A stretch of 64,000 nucleotides of DNA from Laetmonice hystrix (taxonomy: Eukaryota): NCBI GenBank assembly GCA_965235115.1, contig OZ249440.1, positions 35,342,001 through 35,406,000 on the forward strand, read 5' to 3'. The translations under genes and the position numbers were made by a program. The first letter of the stretch is position 1; each line of letters opens with the position of its first letter. Below are positions 21,731-33,766 of this stretch, in pieces. The notes under the pieces were generated by a model. It ran no database searches. It had not been told where the DNA came from and saw only the letters and a program-made list of their open reading frames with translations.

Positions 21731-22705
21731 TTTTTGGCGTCGTAGTTGTAGTAGTAGTAGTAGTAGTAGTAGTAAACTTGTATGTCTATCTCAGTCAATT
21801 TTCAAAATATCGAAATGAAATTTGGCACACATCTTGACAATGACGAAGTATGGTCAGGCATCGAATCCTGACGTCATGTGACGTCACGTCATAACGTGAT
21901 GACGTCAAACGTATTATGAAAATTGAAGCCATTTTTAAGCTCATATTGGGAATTTTTTAAAAAACCCGTCATGGCCTCATAATCGGCCATAGGTGCTGCC
22001 TCAATTTGAGTCTTGATTTAACCTTTGACCTTTGACCTTAGGGTGAACTGGGTCATTGGTCACAAATCGGTTAAATTGCTTCTCCTTTTCTATTTTTTGG
22101 TAAAATTCGACAATATTCGGCAGAAACACTCTCTAACGAAAGGTTCACAATACGATTCCAAGGATTAGCGATTTGACCTATTTTCACCGAACCACGTGAC
22201 TTTGAAGTTTGTCACTTTTAACATTTTTTTCTAAAACTGCTTTAGTCATATAGGAATCGTGTATTTGGTCAATAGATATGTGCTGCTATTGACGATTGGT
22301 CACTTTGCATATTTCTTTTCATAAATTTACCAATATCTTTTTTATTTATGATGAAATAATGTAATCTGACGTTGACAGGCTCTACCTTAAACCTGTTTAA
22401 GATAGCCATATACAAATACAACAATTACAAAGTGTATAGATTCAGGTATACCACTGGCTGTTTAGTTCTTGTTTTGGAAAGGTAATATGGCCAGAATTGT
22501 AAGTTTTAATGGGTATAGTCTTCAGAATAATATTTTCGCCGTCTGACAGTTGGCATCTCTGAATACACAGATCTCCCACTGTGATGCGGCCGCCGGTCCC
22601 TGGCCAGGCCGGGAGAGAGTTACGTAAGTGCTGGTGATAAGGGCCGGCCGGCCGGCCTACTCCCCCCTCCCTCCCAGTGAGGGAGGAATATGATTGTGTA
22701 TTCAG

Positions 22706-22907
22706 GTTCTATCCCCCATGATAACTTTCCACGAAATGTTTGGGCAGGGGTTAGGGTTAATGTCAGGGATAGGGGTAGGGTAGGGATATGTTTTGGGGAG
22801 GTGTAGGAACTGGGGTTAGGGGTTAGGGGTTAGGGATAATGTCAGGGCCATGGATCTTTCCTTTCCACCAAATTTCGTGGAGTTTAAGTTATCATGGGCG
22901 ATATACC
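22706..22907. mobile_element. Second copy of the MULE-like MITE, duplicated with the Helentron body
   Basis: Same TSD TGTATTCAG and same flanks as 19381-19582. Confidence 0.85.
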
Positions 22908-24619
22908 TGTATTCAGAACTGACTTAGCTGTGCCTTTGAACTGTAGGTGTAACTGCCTAATGCATTTGTTTTTGAATCTTATGTAGGAGAGCTGAATAAA
23001 ACAATACTACTGATTGTTGGTTGTGGAGTTCAAGTGACACGACAAGCTTTTGGTCAGCTGCACTTGGTTTAGCCTGAGCCAACAGTCTGGTGTGGATGAC
23101 ATTCGCACCTATTGGTAAAGTTTCATGATGTATGACTACGTGTTGGCTAAATGGCGAGAGATAGAAGTGAACGAACGGTGTGCACAGTAGACAGATATGC
23201 AGTCGTCCTGGCGAGCGGCACAATAGATGCAGCAATCACTTGAGCGGGTCTTCGGAGGGACAAGGGGAACGCTCTGTGAGAAATACTTAAGGACTGTTTA
23301 TAGAAGAGGTACCTTCTCAGTCATATAACATGCCAGCCATCGGGCGGCAGCTCTCAATCAAATGAGCCGGTCAGGGGCGGTCAGTTAATTGGACGTCGGC
23401 CCATGACCAGTGGCCATCCTTTAGACTGGGACTGGGGCAAAAACGTGAACGAGGGGAAGAGCACCAAGAGAGAGAGAGAGACTAGGGGAGAAGGAGGAGA
23501 GAGAGAGCGCCGACCGGCGCCGCCGGGCGTGGGCACATCCCTCTATATCCCCACTCTTTTTTTTGTGAAGAATTGACAAAAAATTATTGTTTGGCTAGCC
23601 CCGGGTCCAGGATTTTCAGCAGAGGGGTCACGGGAAGTCTTTAAAAATTAAAAGCTCTTAGAAGAGATTTCCCGCCTTTTAGGGGCCATTTTAGGGCATT
23701 ATATTTTATGGATTCATCACTCAACCAGTTATAGCCGGAATGCTTTGCTCTATACATGCTTTTTTTAAGTGTGTGCCATAATTTTTATATCACATGACTT
23801 GTGACGTCATCTATGACGTCATCTTTGACGTAATCTATTCCTAACTTTCTGGGACTTCTCAACCACGGACGAAATTAAATATTTACTGGGTGGGGACTTC
23901 AAACTGTCTACTTTAACATAATATAGATTTCAATTAGCAAAATACATAATTAAGAACACAGAGATCTATCAGTTATGAGAAGGACGTGAAGACAGGCGGC
24001 GAATTTGACGATTCTTTAAGTGACCTAGTGACCTACCTTTTGACCCTCACCATCTGGCTACACAGAATCTGGAACATTGAGTCTGTGCTAAGTGCACCTA
24101 ACATATTCGCTCCAAAGCTATTCATTTAATTTCAATATTTAGTCTATAGGAAGCTTCATCTGTGCTCTTTCAGATAATATTAAATTCACTTATGGGAAAG
24201 ATATATTTATTATGAACAACACCGATTTCTGACTAAAATTAAGGTTTTATGCGGCAGGACGCGTGGTCGCTGCAATTCGCTGTCCACGCTTATCGTGGAG
24301 GAGTGTAGCCCTATGGCTATGCCTAGATCTTACGCGGAAAGATTAAATCTTTGCTTTGAAGGTCAATGTACATAATTATCAACATGTATACCCCCGTGTG
24401 TGCCAAGTTTCAATAGGTATGTCTGCCTTTGGCTAAATGGCAACTTCAAGGGATAGAACTGAACGCGGATGGTGTGCTCAGTGCTGCCAGTGGCTGTACC
24501 GTGCCGTAGCCGAGCTCGGCGTGCACACGGGCAGGCACTTGAGTCAGTGGCCGTGACTGCTTGCACGCTGTCATACAAGCCAACAAGGTTTGCAGATCGA
24601 GGGAGTAGCTAGGGGTCCG

Positions 24620-25386
24620 CAGACCCGCAGACCTCCCGCTTAGGCGGGAGAACTCCCGAATTTGGGGGTTATTTGCCCATTTGTCCCTATCTCCCGACTG
24701 ACCTCTGAAATCTCCCGCCTGCATTCATTTGCAGAAAAAGACAGTTGATGGTGCTTACATGTAGGCCTAGATCTATATGTGGCCGTTTTTTGGCCTATCT
24801 TTGCATGCGCCCCCTCATATTATGGATAAGAATATGAATAGATCTACTTATAGGCCTAATTGTCGGCCCTATATTTAGGCCTACAAGACGTTTGATCACT
24901 GGTAGGCTACCGTTTATCTCGCATAGGCGTAGGAACCGGGGGGCAGGGGGGCGTCAGCCCCCCAATATCAAAAGTGGGGGGGGGGGGGGGCTGGAGTGTG
25001 TTTCAGCCCCCCCCCCCCAACATTTGGGTGCTTTCTTGGTCGAGGTGGGTTTCATGCCGATTTTCTATGTATCGCGCATTAAAATGATGGAATTTTGTTG
25101 ATAGATTTGAGAGATTTTTGCTCAGAAAACGCGTCTCCGGCATTCCTGAAAGAAAATTTCTGGGGGAGGACCCCTAGACCCCCCCCCCCCTACACACACA
25201 CACACACACACACACGGCTCGCCTTGGTGGCCAGGAATTACCCCCCCCCCCCAACCTTCAACACCCCCCCCCCCCCCCCAACCAAAAAGAGCTTCCTACG
25301 CCTATATGTCTCGGGACCGCTTGAGATTACCTCAAAACTCGTGGGAGATCCTCCCGCTTGGTAGGCAAAAAGATTTGGCAGATCTG
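24620..25386. mobile_element. CAG...CTG MITE, probable 6-bp TSD, hosting a nested MITE
   Basis: GGTCCG|CAGACCCGC...GCAGATCTG|TGTCCG (TSD 5/6 match); internal CTCCCG/CGGGAG repeats. Confidence 0.55.
24922..25306. mobile_element. CATAGGCG-type MITE with ~7-bp TSD (P- or hAT-like)
   Basis: TATCTCG|CATAGGCGTAGGAA...TTCCTACGCCTATA|TGTCTCG. Confidence 0.65.
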
Positions 25387-26519
25387 TGTCCGAGACAAAG
25401 GATCGATCGTCCCGGCTAACAGATTGAAGTGTTAACGGGTAGCCTATAGGCCGCCATCACTCAGGCCGAGTAGCTAGGTCTATAGCCTAACATAATAGGC
25501 CTAGCCTAATTATAGATTTTGTGTTAAAGAAAGCTTATTAGCCCGTTAGGCCTAGGCTTACTGATATGATAATTAGCCTAGGCCTATAGAGGCTATAGGC
25601 CTAATTAGGGCCTACCGTTAGGCCTACGGCTGCGATTGAATGTTTTCGTTCACAATGACTAAGAATAAGATAGGCCCCTATCCTATAGGCTATAGGCCCT
25701 AGTATACCATGCATTTCTCTCTTTCAAAAAATCTATTTTCACAGCTCACTGTAAATTAGAGCAATAGAGTCTAGGCCTATCCAAGATGGCCTACAACATC
25801 CGACACAACAAAAAGGTAGCGTGGCTATAGACAATTAAAATTTTTCAAAAATATGAGATTCATGTGGGTAAAATTTCTTGAGGGGTTCAATATAGGCAAC
25901 CTTTCCATAATACTGGACCTCTATGGTCCCTCTCGACTGAGCATAAGACAGGCTGTCGCTGACACGATGGTTGAAATGGTGGTAGGCCGAGACCTAGGCC
26001 TATAGGCCTTGGAATTGGTCCTAAATTCACAAACCGGCACTGGGGCAGCCTGAAAAAAACTCAGTTCACTGATTTGCCGCTAGAGGACCTCCAGAGAGTC
26101 GCGCCCAGACAGCAGTGACATCTTGCGGTGGAGAGTGGAGTTTCCCACAACCGCAACCGGAAATGGCTTCGTAAGTGCAGGAAGATTGACCAGCGAGCTA
26201 ACGTGTTTACTTCGTTCGTCGGAGATCGCAGCAGGTCGGTATAACCTCATTTAGATAGATCTATGTGATGGTATCATTGTTATCAATGACTGTAATGTGA
26301 TCTAATTACAATAGGTGTGTAGTAGGCCTATAAATTCTGAAGTCCAATAGCACGAATGATGAACATTTGCGGGCCCTCCTGCCGTCCTGGTCCTGCTTGT
26401 GCCTGTGGCAAGTTGTGCGGCCATGCCTGTGGCCGAGGTCGTATTAGCAAAACCGCCATCTTGAAGTATTGGAGGTCGACCCGAAATTGAACCCGAAATT
26501 GACTCATAAGTAGGACAAG

Positions 26520-27891
26520 GGGGCTGTTCATAATATGTAGGCCTAACGTCATTTTGGGGCCTATTTTAAAGACCCTCCCCCCAACCCCCTGTAACGCTTT
26601 GTAACGGATACCCACCCACTCCCTACTCCAACAAGTCAAGTCCTAGTCCTTACTAATACTATTACTAGCATGCTAGACCACCTTACCTAGCTTACGTCCA
26701 TACGGACTCTGACCGTCGAGTACAAATACACTAGCGACTGCTATCATCTCCTCAAAGTCATGTTTCAGACCAGTTTTGGCACTGAAACTTGCTGAGAGTA
26801 CACAGAAGAGGTTACTTCAAGTTCAACAGATACGTAAATGTATTTTGTTGGATGTTATCTTAGTCCAAGGTGAAATTCTCAGTTTGTTGATCAAATTCAG
26901 CGCAGTGCAGGCGACGAGGGGTGACCCAGTTTATCGGGCGTGCGTATTTTCGACCTCTACAGTGGATCCGGAACGGACCGCATAAGTAGGTCGCGCTCTG
27001 TACAAGCAGACGCTGACGGCACAGAGTGAAGCTACCTGTTTCGGGTACCAGTAGTGATCTAACTTTTATCAGTTCCCGGTCACTCGGTGCACCCACCGCA
27101 GATGGCTGACGGAGCTACGGACCCGACATGCTCGTAAACAACTCGACCGTGTGGACGTTATATTTGTCCAATAATTATAATCAAGGTCTGAATAGAAATT
27201 TCAATACCGTGGCTCTCTATAAAAATCGATTTCATACTCCGTGGAAGAAGTTTAGTACCAAAACGAAGGCCGCAAAATTGCGATAACAGACCTCTTCGCA
27301 GAGCGTCCATGAATCGCTAGGCCAGCGTCACTCGACAACTAAACAGTGTTCTGGAAGACACCGTTTAGAAACTGAACTACCCACTCCCAAGCCTGAGATT
27401 AACAGGCGAACGATCGTTTCGTTCGCCTGTCAGTTACTCTAGAGTGTTACAGGTGAACGAAAAATGGGTTACGCAAATTTCCCTTAATCTCAGGCCTCGA
27501 GAACTTGGAGAAGGTGTGGGGTGAATGGGGAGGCCCATGGCCATGAGAAAGCTAGTAGCCGTTGCTGGTCACTTTAGTCTGTTTCCTTTTTTTTCCACTG
27601 CCGTGCCGTCATAATAAATTATAATTTCTGCGTAACCCATTAGGTAACCTTCGGGTTACCCAGAAAGTTTTCAGGTACGGTAACCAAACGATGGGTTCAC
27701 TTTTCAGGTGAACGGAAAATCCGAAAATGGGTTACGCAAATTTCCCTTATTCTCAGGCTGCTGGTTACAGTAACCAGCAGCCTTCCATTCACTCCTATGT
27801 TAACTCCAAAACGATCTGGTTATTAACCAGCCTTTGGTGACACGGGCCCCAGCTGCACTCCCCAGGCGTTACGTAATTTATGGACAGCCCC
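26520..27891. mobile_element. PIF/Harbinger-like non-autonomous element with nested insertions
   Basis: GGGGCTGTTCATAA...TTATGGACAGCCCC TIR; TSD not clean. Confidence 0.5.
27388..27855. mobile_element. CAAGCCTGAG-family MITE, copy 1, 6-bp TSD
   Basis: CACTCC|CAAGCCTGAG...CTG|CACTCC. The right TIR is interrupted by a ~95-bp Harbinger-like fragment. Homologous to 30000-30573. Confidence 0.7.
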
Positions 27892-29166
27892 TAGGTAGCT
27901 TTTCCTAGTTTAAGGGACTGCTTTTAAAGTTCCACAGTAAGTATCTTCGAGAATATAACACTTACCTGTCCCCTATAGCCACCTATTGACATTTACCCGG
28001 GTTTTACGGGTAATACTCCAGGTTTTATGACAACATGCTTCCCCAGGTCCAACTAAAGTGGTATACATTTAAAATATTCATAATATTTTTCATTCAAAAA
28101 ATACTCGGGAGAATGTACTAAATCAACACACTGGAACCCGTGAGTCTGGTGTGATTGTATCATTGTAAAGAGTAGATAATTCCTGTCCTATACTCCAGAC
28201 CGTCTGGCAACTCATGACTACATGAATCAATACACTGGAATCAGTGAACCAGTAAAGAGCGGGGTGCACCTGTGCCTTCTAGCTCCTCTGTGTATACTGA
28301 CTGCCTTCAGTCAGTGTGTATCAGTACTTGACTGCATAGCTATTGAGGTACCTACCTACCAGTATGAAGCATAGAGACCCTGTTTGGCAATTTTTTGCCC
28401 ATGTTTTCAAGGCGTAAAATAATCCAGAAAATTTGACCAGCAAAATAAAAGTCTGAGTCACAGATAGTACTAAATTATACTGAACATTTTGGAAAGTGAT
28501 TAGCATGCATGAGGCAATGCGAAACACGTTACTTGTTTTTTTCCTTTTCACTTGAAGGACTGTTGACAGTGGCAGTACTGCACTCTGCCATTGGGTGTGT
28601 GCATATGCACCTATATCAGAGTATTAGGGTGCGCCTATATATTTGAATATTGGGGGTGTTCGTATACCAGGATATATAGGCACATGTGCCTATAGTATAT
28701 GATGATTTTTTTATTTTTAAATTTCCACAAAAAAAATTGCAAAATTTTGCGTATAGGCGCATGCTCCTAAAAGTGTGTCAATGTAGTATGAGACCGTACT
28801 AATATAGCAACCATGAGTGCCTTATTGTATGGGTTCAGTACTGATATCTGAACTTAATTGAAGGCATTTAAATAATGTAATACAACAGGACTTAACCAGA
28901 GGTTCTCATCAACATGCGATCAGCTGATTTGTGTAGGTCTCTGGGCATTATCATATGATCATGTGAAATTTGGTTGGACTGAGATCACCAGGATTCCATT
29001 TATTCTACAAAAAGTACAAATGCCAATTCTGCGATTCCCATCACTATTAAAGAAAATCAGTAGGCCTACTCCTAGTGAGTAACATTAATTTGTAGGTATA
29101 GTGTGTTATGTAATCAGAAATAACAGCTAAGCACTTTAATAATAAAAGTACTTGCTATTTGGTTAA

Positions 29167-29664
29167 AGGTAATCGATCATCCTACGACCGCCGATTTTGG
29201 CGAAGTGCTGTCCCTATCTCCTACGATTGTATCTATCCCACTGGACTGATAAAACATTCTGTCGTATCCATAACATTGTTGTGCTAGGTTTATTGTTGAT
29301 TATGAGCCATAATGAGGCGATACGTCCCATATTTTTCATCTCAATGGACTGAGAACCGAGAACGACCGCCATGGCCGCGTTGGCATTGTTAGGGCGGTCG
29401 TTACTATAGTGCTCAAGGGATTGGGCGCATGCATTGCCTCTCACTGCTCCGCCCGCCCTCCCCCCATAATCCAAATAAGGGCATGATTTCATTCCCCTCC
29501 TGTCCTCTCTAGCTAAATAGGTAAACACTTAATTAATTAATTAAAAATATTGTCGATATGGGCGCGCCATCGTACCAGACTGCTAAAAACCCCCTTAAAA
29601 TAATTGTTTTTACTCAAGTTTTGTTGAAAGACTGCGTTTATTTCAATTTTCGGATCGATTACCT
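29167..29664. mobile_element. Kolobok-type MITE
   Basis: TTAA|AGGTAATCGATC...GATCGATTACCT|TTAA. Confidence 0.8.
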
Positions 29665-29729
29665 TTAAGTGAAGAAGAAGTTGTGTTTTATTTAAAACTC
29701 ATGCTGTCCTGTATATTCAGGTTTCAAAC

Positions 29730-29792
29730 ATGCCAAGGCCGTCAAAACGCAGCCGTTCTGCAAAGGAAAGGGCAGCACGAAAGCTTTCAAAG
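29730..29792 (+). CDS. Predicted first coding exon of the Helentron Rep-helicase gene (MPRPSKRSRSAKERAARKLSK)
   Basis: Acceptor TTCAG at 29720, ATG at 29730, phase-0 donor AAG|GTAAC at 29792. In frame with the acceptor TTTGCAG|GTG at 33767. Confidence 0.7.
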
Positions 29793-29999
29793 GTAACAGT
29801 ATACAACTGTACGGTTTCATGTAAATATATCAGAGTAAATACTGGTCATTTAAATTAGCGGTACAATGATCTGACCTTTTTTTTATCTGGGATAATATTT
29901 ATTAGGAATGAGACTGTTTGATCAAATGGTTTCAAGATTTCCACCTTTTTTCCCACCAGAAATCTGGTATATCTCTATCCTCAGTATATATCTCTTTCC

Positions 30000-30573
30000 C
30001 AAGCCTGAGATTAACAGGCAAACGGTCGTTTCGTTCGCCTGTCGGTTACCTAAAATATAAACAGGCGAACGAAAAAGGGGTTACGCAAATTTCCCTTAAT
30101 CTCAGGCCTACAGAAGGGGTGAGGGTGAATGGGGAGGCCCATGGCCATGGGACAGTAGGAGTTGCTGGTCCCTTTAGTCCAGTGTTTTTTTTTTTTTTGC
30201 CACTGCCAGAGCCTGCATCTAGCCAGTTGAATTCTGAATCAGGCACGGCAGAAGCAATTTCGGATTGGGGGGGGGGGTCTACACTATCACAGCACTTCAG
30301 GCAAGGGTCCAGGGGCTGCCTAGGCCCCGCAAGCTCTGGGGATTTTTGTTGTTGATATTATTGGGGGGGGGGATAGCCGCCCCCCTAGCCCTCTCTGCTC
30401 CGCCGTGTCTGTAAATACAGCAGCCAGGGTTTATAAATTATCATTCTACGTAACCCATTAGGTAACCTTCAGGTTACACAGAAAGTTTTCAGGTAACCGA
30501 ACGATGGGTTACAATGTCACTTTTCAGGTGAACGGAAAATGGGTTGCGCAAATTTCCCTTATTCTCAGGCCTG
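30000..30573. mobile_element. CAAGCCTGAG-family MITE, copy 2, 6-bp TSD
   Basis: CTTTCC|CAAGCCTGAGA...TCTCAGGCCTG|CTTTCC. Confidence 0.8.
30240..30411. mobile_element. Nested CAG...CTG MITE with ~5-bp TSD
   Basis: TGAAT|CAGGCACGGCAGA...TCCGCCGTGTCTG|TAAAT; absent from the paralogous copy at 27388. Confidence 0.6.
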
Positions 30574-30818
30574 CTTTCCTTAGTCAGCCAGGGAGTTCTC
30601 CCCGATTTATATAATTTTGGAGAACGTTGCCAAATTTCTCTAGTGAAAGCAGAATATCTATGATCTATAAATCAAAAGTTCGAAACATTCATTTGAATTG
30701 TTGATTTCAGTAAGGGCCCAAGTCCACCTTTTTAAAATTTTGAAAATCACACGCTAAGTTCAAGAAAGACCCAACTCCTTAAGTCTGCCTTATTTTGAAC
30801 TCACCACATAGAAAAATG

Positions 30819-31171
30819 CAGGTCTACCTTCCAGTGATATTCCAGTGATCAGACTATTTCCTACTTTTTTGGCCCTGCTCCTACTTTTTCCTTGACATTC
30901 CTACTTTTCAACTAATTTTACAACTAATCATCTTTCTACAATCCTTCAAAACATTTAACATAATACATAAATCATGTAAATGCAAGGAGTAGAGAGTAGT
31001 TACCGTACAACAAATGTTGCTGCATATGGACAAAAACTAATTATGCAAGCCTGCAAAACTCCTACTTTGATCCGAATTTCTATTCTTAAACTCCTACTTT
31101 TCTCCTACTTTTTCTTGAATTGTGGTCCTATTTTTCTCCTACTTTGTCATCAAGGTGTGCTGGAAGGCCTG
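30819..31171. mobile_element. CAGG...CCTG MITE with 6-bp TSD
   Basis: AAAATG|CAGGTCTACCTTCCAG...CTGGAAGGCCTG|AAAATG; internal CCTACTTT repeats. Confidence 0.7.
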
Positions 31172-31308
31172 AAAATGTTTTGTGTAGTTGGATTATTGAA
31201 TTTACATTTTTGAAATGATCCTCATTTTTAGTAAAATCATGTTATCCTCTATAGTCTAGAAGGTGAAAAGTGAAAAAAATGTCAGTGGACGACAATGGTT
31301 AAAACCAG

Positions 31309-31443
31309 GGGCCCGTTTCACTAAGACTGTACGAGCTCATATGGCCTTATCGCTCGTAAAGAAGCAAAAACTCGTAAATTTTGCTATTCTAATCTATAGA
31401 AAATACGAGCTCGTAAAATACGAGTGTTTAGTGAAACGGGCCC
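31309..31443. mobile_element. Harbinger-like MITE with 3-bp TSD CAG
   Basis: CAG|GGGCCCGTTTCACTAA...TTAGTGAAACGGGCCC|CAG. Confidence 0.85.
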
Positions 31444-31656
31444 CAGGAGACCTATCCTTGCCAGCTTAACTGGGAATTCTGTAAGTATTACCAGAACTTT
31501 CACTATGAAAATTACAAAATATTTAAAACCCTCAACAAAAGAGTGGTGTCAAAAAACAGCTCGGCTGTATCATTGTGGCACTGTACATATGCCTCAATTC
31601 CAAGTCAAAAATATTCAAGACTAGTTTATAAAAGTAGTACTAGTACACTACACCAG

Positions 31657-31767
31657 GGCCCGGTTCACAAACAAAATTGACTTGAAGTCAATTTTACTTG
31701 AATCTGACTGGTTAAAATGGATTTCAAGTTAATTAAAATTGACTTGACTTTGTTTGTAAACCCGGCC
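31657..31767. mobile_element. Harbinger-like MITE with 3-bp TSD CAG
   Basis: CAG|GGCCCGGTTCACAAACAAA...TTTGTTTGTAAACCCGGCC|CAG. Confidence 0.75.
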
Positions 31768-32250
31768 CAGGTCCTACACAGTGCCTCCCCGAGTAAAAAA
31801 TAGCAGGTGTCCTGTCATTACAAGCACCCACCCTGCCCTTTTGAACAGCGTCCTGCTACTAGAAGCAGGGCCCTGCCACTGTACTACCCAGGAAGTGACC
31901 CAACTGTTGTTACAAAGAGCAAATTAAAAATAACCTGCCTGCCTTTCATGCAAGTTCCACTCTGATTTTACTTACCCCAATTTTTTTTGCTATTGGAATT
32001 CTTTTACCCCTAAACTTGTACAGAATGAAAATCTGTGGTGTCCTAGCCACAAGTCTCAGTAAAATTATACATGTTCAGATAAAATATCAAATCAGCCGAA
32101 AGTGTAAAAGGTGCACAGAGTCTGCACTAAGAGATGTCTTGCGGTAAGTAGTACTTTGAAATATGCATACAATAATACAAAAAGACCGGATATAATCAAT
32201 AAAGGCATAAGTTTGTATTTTGAATGCATATTTCTAACTGGTTTGTTATA

Positions 32251-33104
32251 TCGGGTGCATAAAAAAAACGCCCCGAACTTTAAACTCCGATATTTCAAAA
32301 AGTATTGATTGTAATTCAATGAAATTTTTCTTACTATCACTTCATGATGTTGTCTCTTAGTTGTAAATGTTGTACAACTCAATAGCGTGGATTATATTTC
32401 CGTAGCGCTAAAAACAAAAATCATTGTACAAAAGCGCAATGCCCGGCTAAAGCGAGTGGTAGTCGCACCAGAGGCCTTGGCCTCACACTAGAGTAGGTGG
32501 TCAATCGGTCCCCCGTTTTCACTTCATACTGCTCTCAGTCTCTTTTTACATGCGCCAATGCACTTCCTGATCTCTGATAGGGAATTATCTTCCCATTATT
32601 GGGAAATAAGCAGCGTTCTGAATGTGTTGCTAAACATGATAATGATACGATTTCCCTTAAACTTCTGCTTACAGTCATATCGTCCTAATGTTGCAGTTTC
32701 GCTGTAGGGTTTGGCACATTAAACATCTGGGTTTCTCTAGAAGTACTAGGAATAGCACATAATTTATTATATCTAGTGGTTCACAACATTATACATATTG
32801 TAAAACATGCAAAAACTAAATATTGAATTTTTTTTACCCAAGGTACAACGCGGTGCATCCAACAGGTGTCAAATTGGACACCTGGCAGCTGCATGATATT
32901 TGACCTGATTCCGGCATTGTGTTTTTAGACACTGATTTTTGTTTTTAGCGCCACGGGATTAATATCAAAACCATTGAGCTGAAACTTTAACATACAAGAG
33001 ATAATACCATGAAGTTATATTAAGAGAAATTTGATTAAATTATAATGCAAAGTTATTGAAATATTAAAGTTTAAAGTTTGGGGCGTTTTTTTTTATCCAC
33101 CCGA
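32251..33104. mobile_element. Tc1/mariner-like non-autonomous element
   Basis: TA|TCGGGTGCATAAAAAAAACGCCCC...GGGGCGTTTTTTTTTATCCACCCGA|TA, with imperfect TIRs extending roughly 180 bp. Confidence 0.8.
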
Positions 33105-33766
33105 TATATGCTTGCAACATTTATTCAATATACTGTTAGAGCTGAGACTTTTTGATGTCCTTCTGTAATGTGCCAGGACATGCTAAGTAACTGCCACCTG
33201 ACCGAAACATTCACATCTGGCCGCTGCCCTTGGGCTTGTCTACACATGATACTGGACTTCACAGATGCCATTAGTACACACAGATTCTTTTCCATGGGCC
33301 TTATTCTTGGGGCTCCAAAAGCAGTTGCATCCTATCCAAACCCTGAAATAATGTTTAAACCTGTAAAATAATTCTTAATTCTTGATCAATATTGTAAGTG
33401 TAAAAAGTCTGAAAACAAAACATATTTCTGTATGAATACCATGTGTCTGAAAAGCTATAATACTGTATTTTCCCGAGTGAATGCCACGTTTTTTCCTCTC
33501 GGAATCATGTAAACATGATTATAACAGCTTTTATGAGGCCACCTGGATATTGAAGTAAACTCAAGCGGTTCATATTTGAGGACAATATTACCAGGTGGCA
33601 CTTAATAGTAGCATACATTGATTCATGGCCACTAAATTGCCCGGAGTTTGATGCAACCTAAAGCTAAGGTGAATTGTAGTAACCTAACACCCCCGACCCC
33701 CCAAAAAGGTAATTGTCATATAGTTATCTTTGATGTTAACGAGCATTATCTTTTGTCTCTTTGCAG

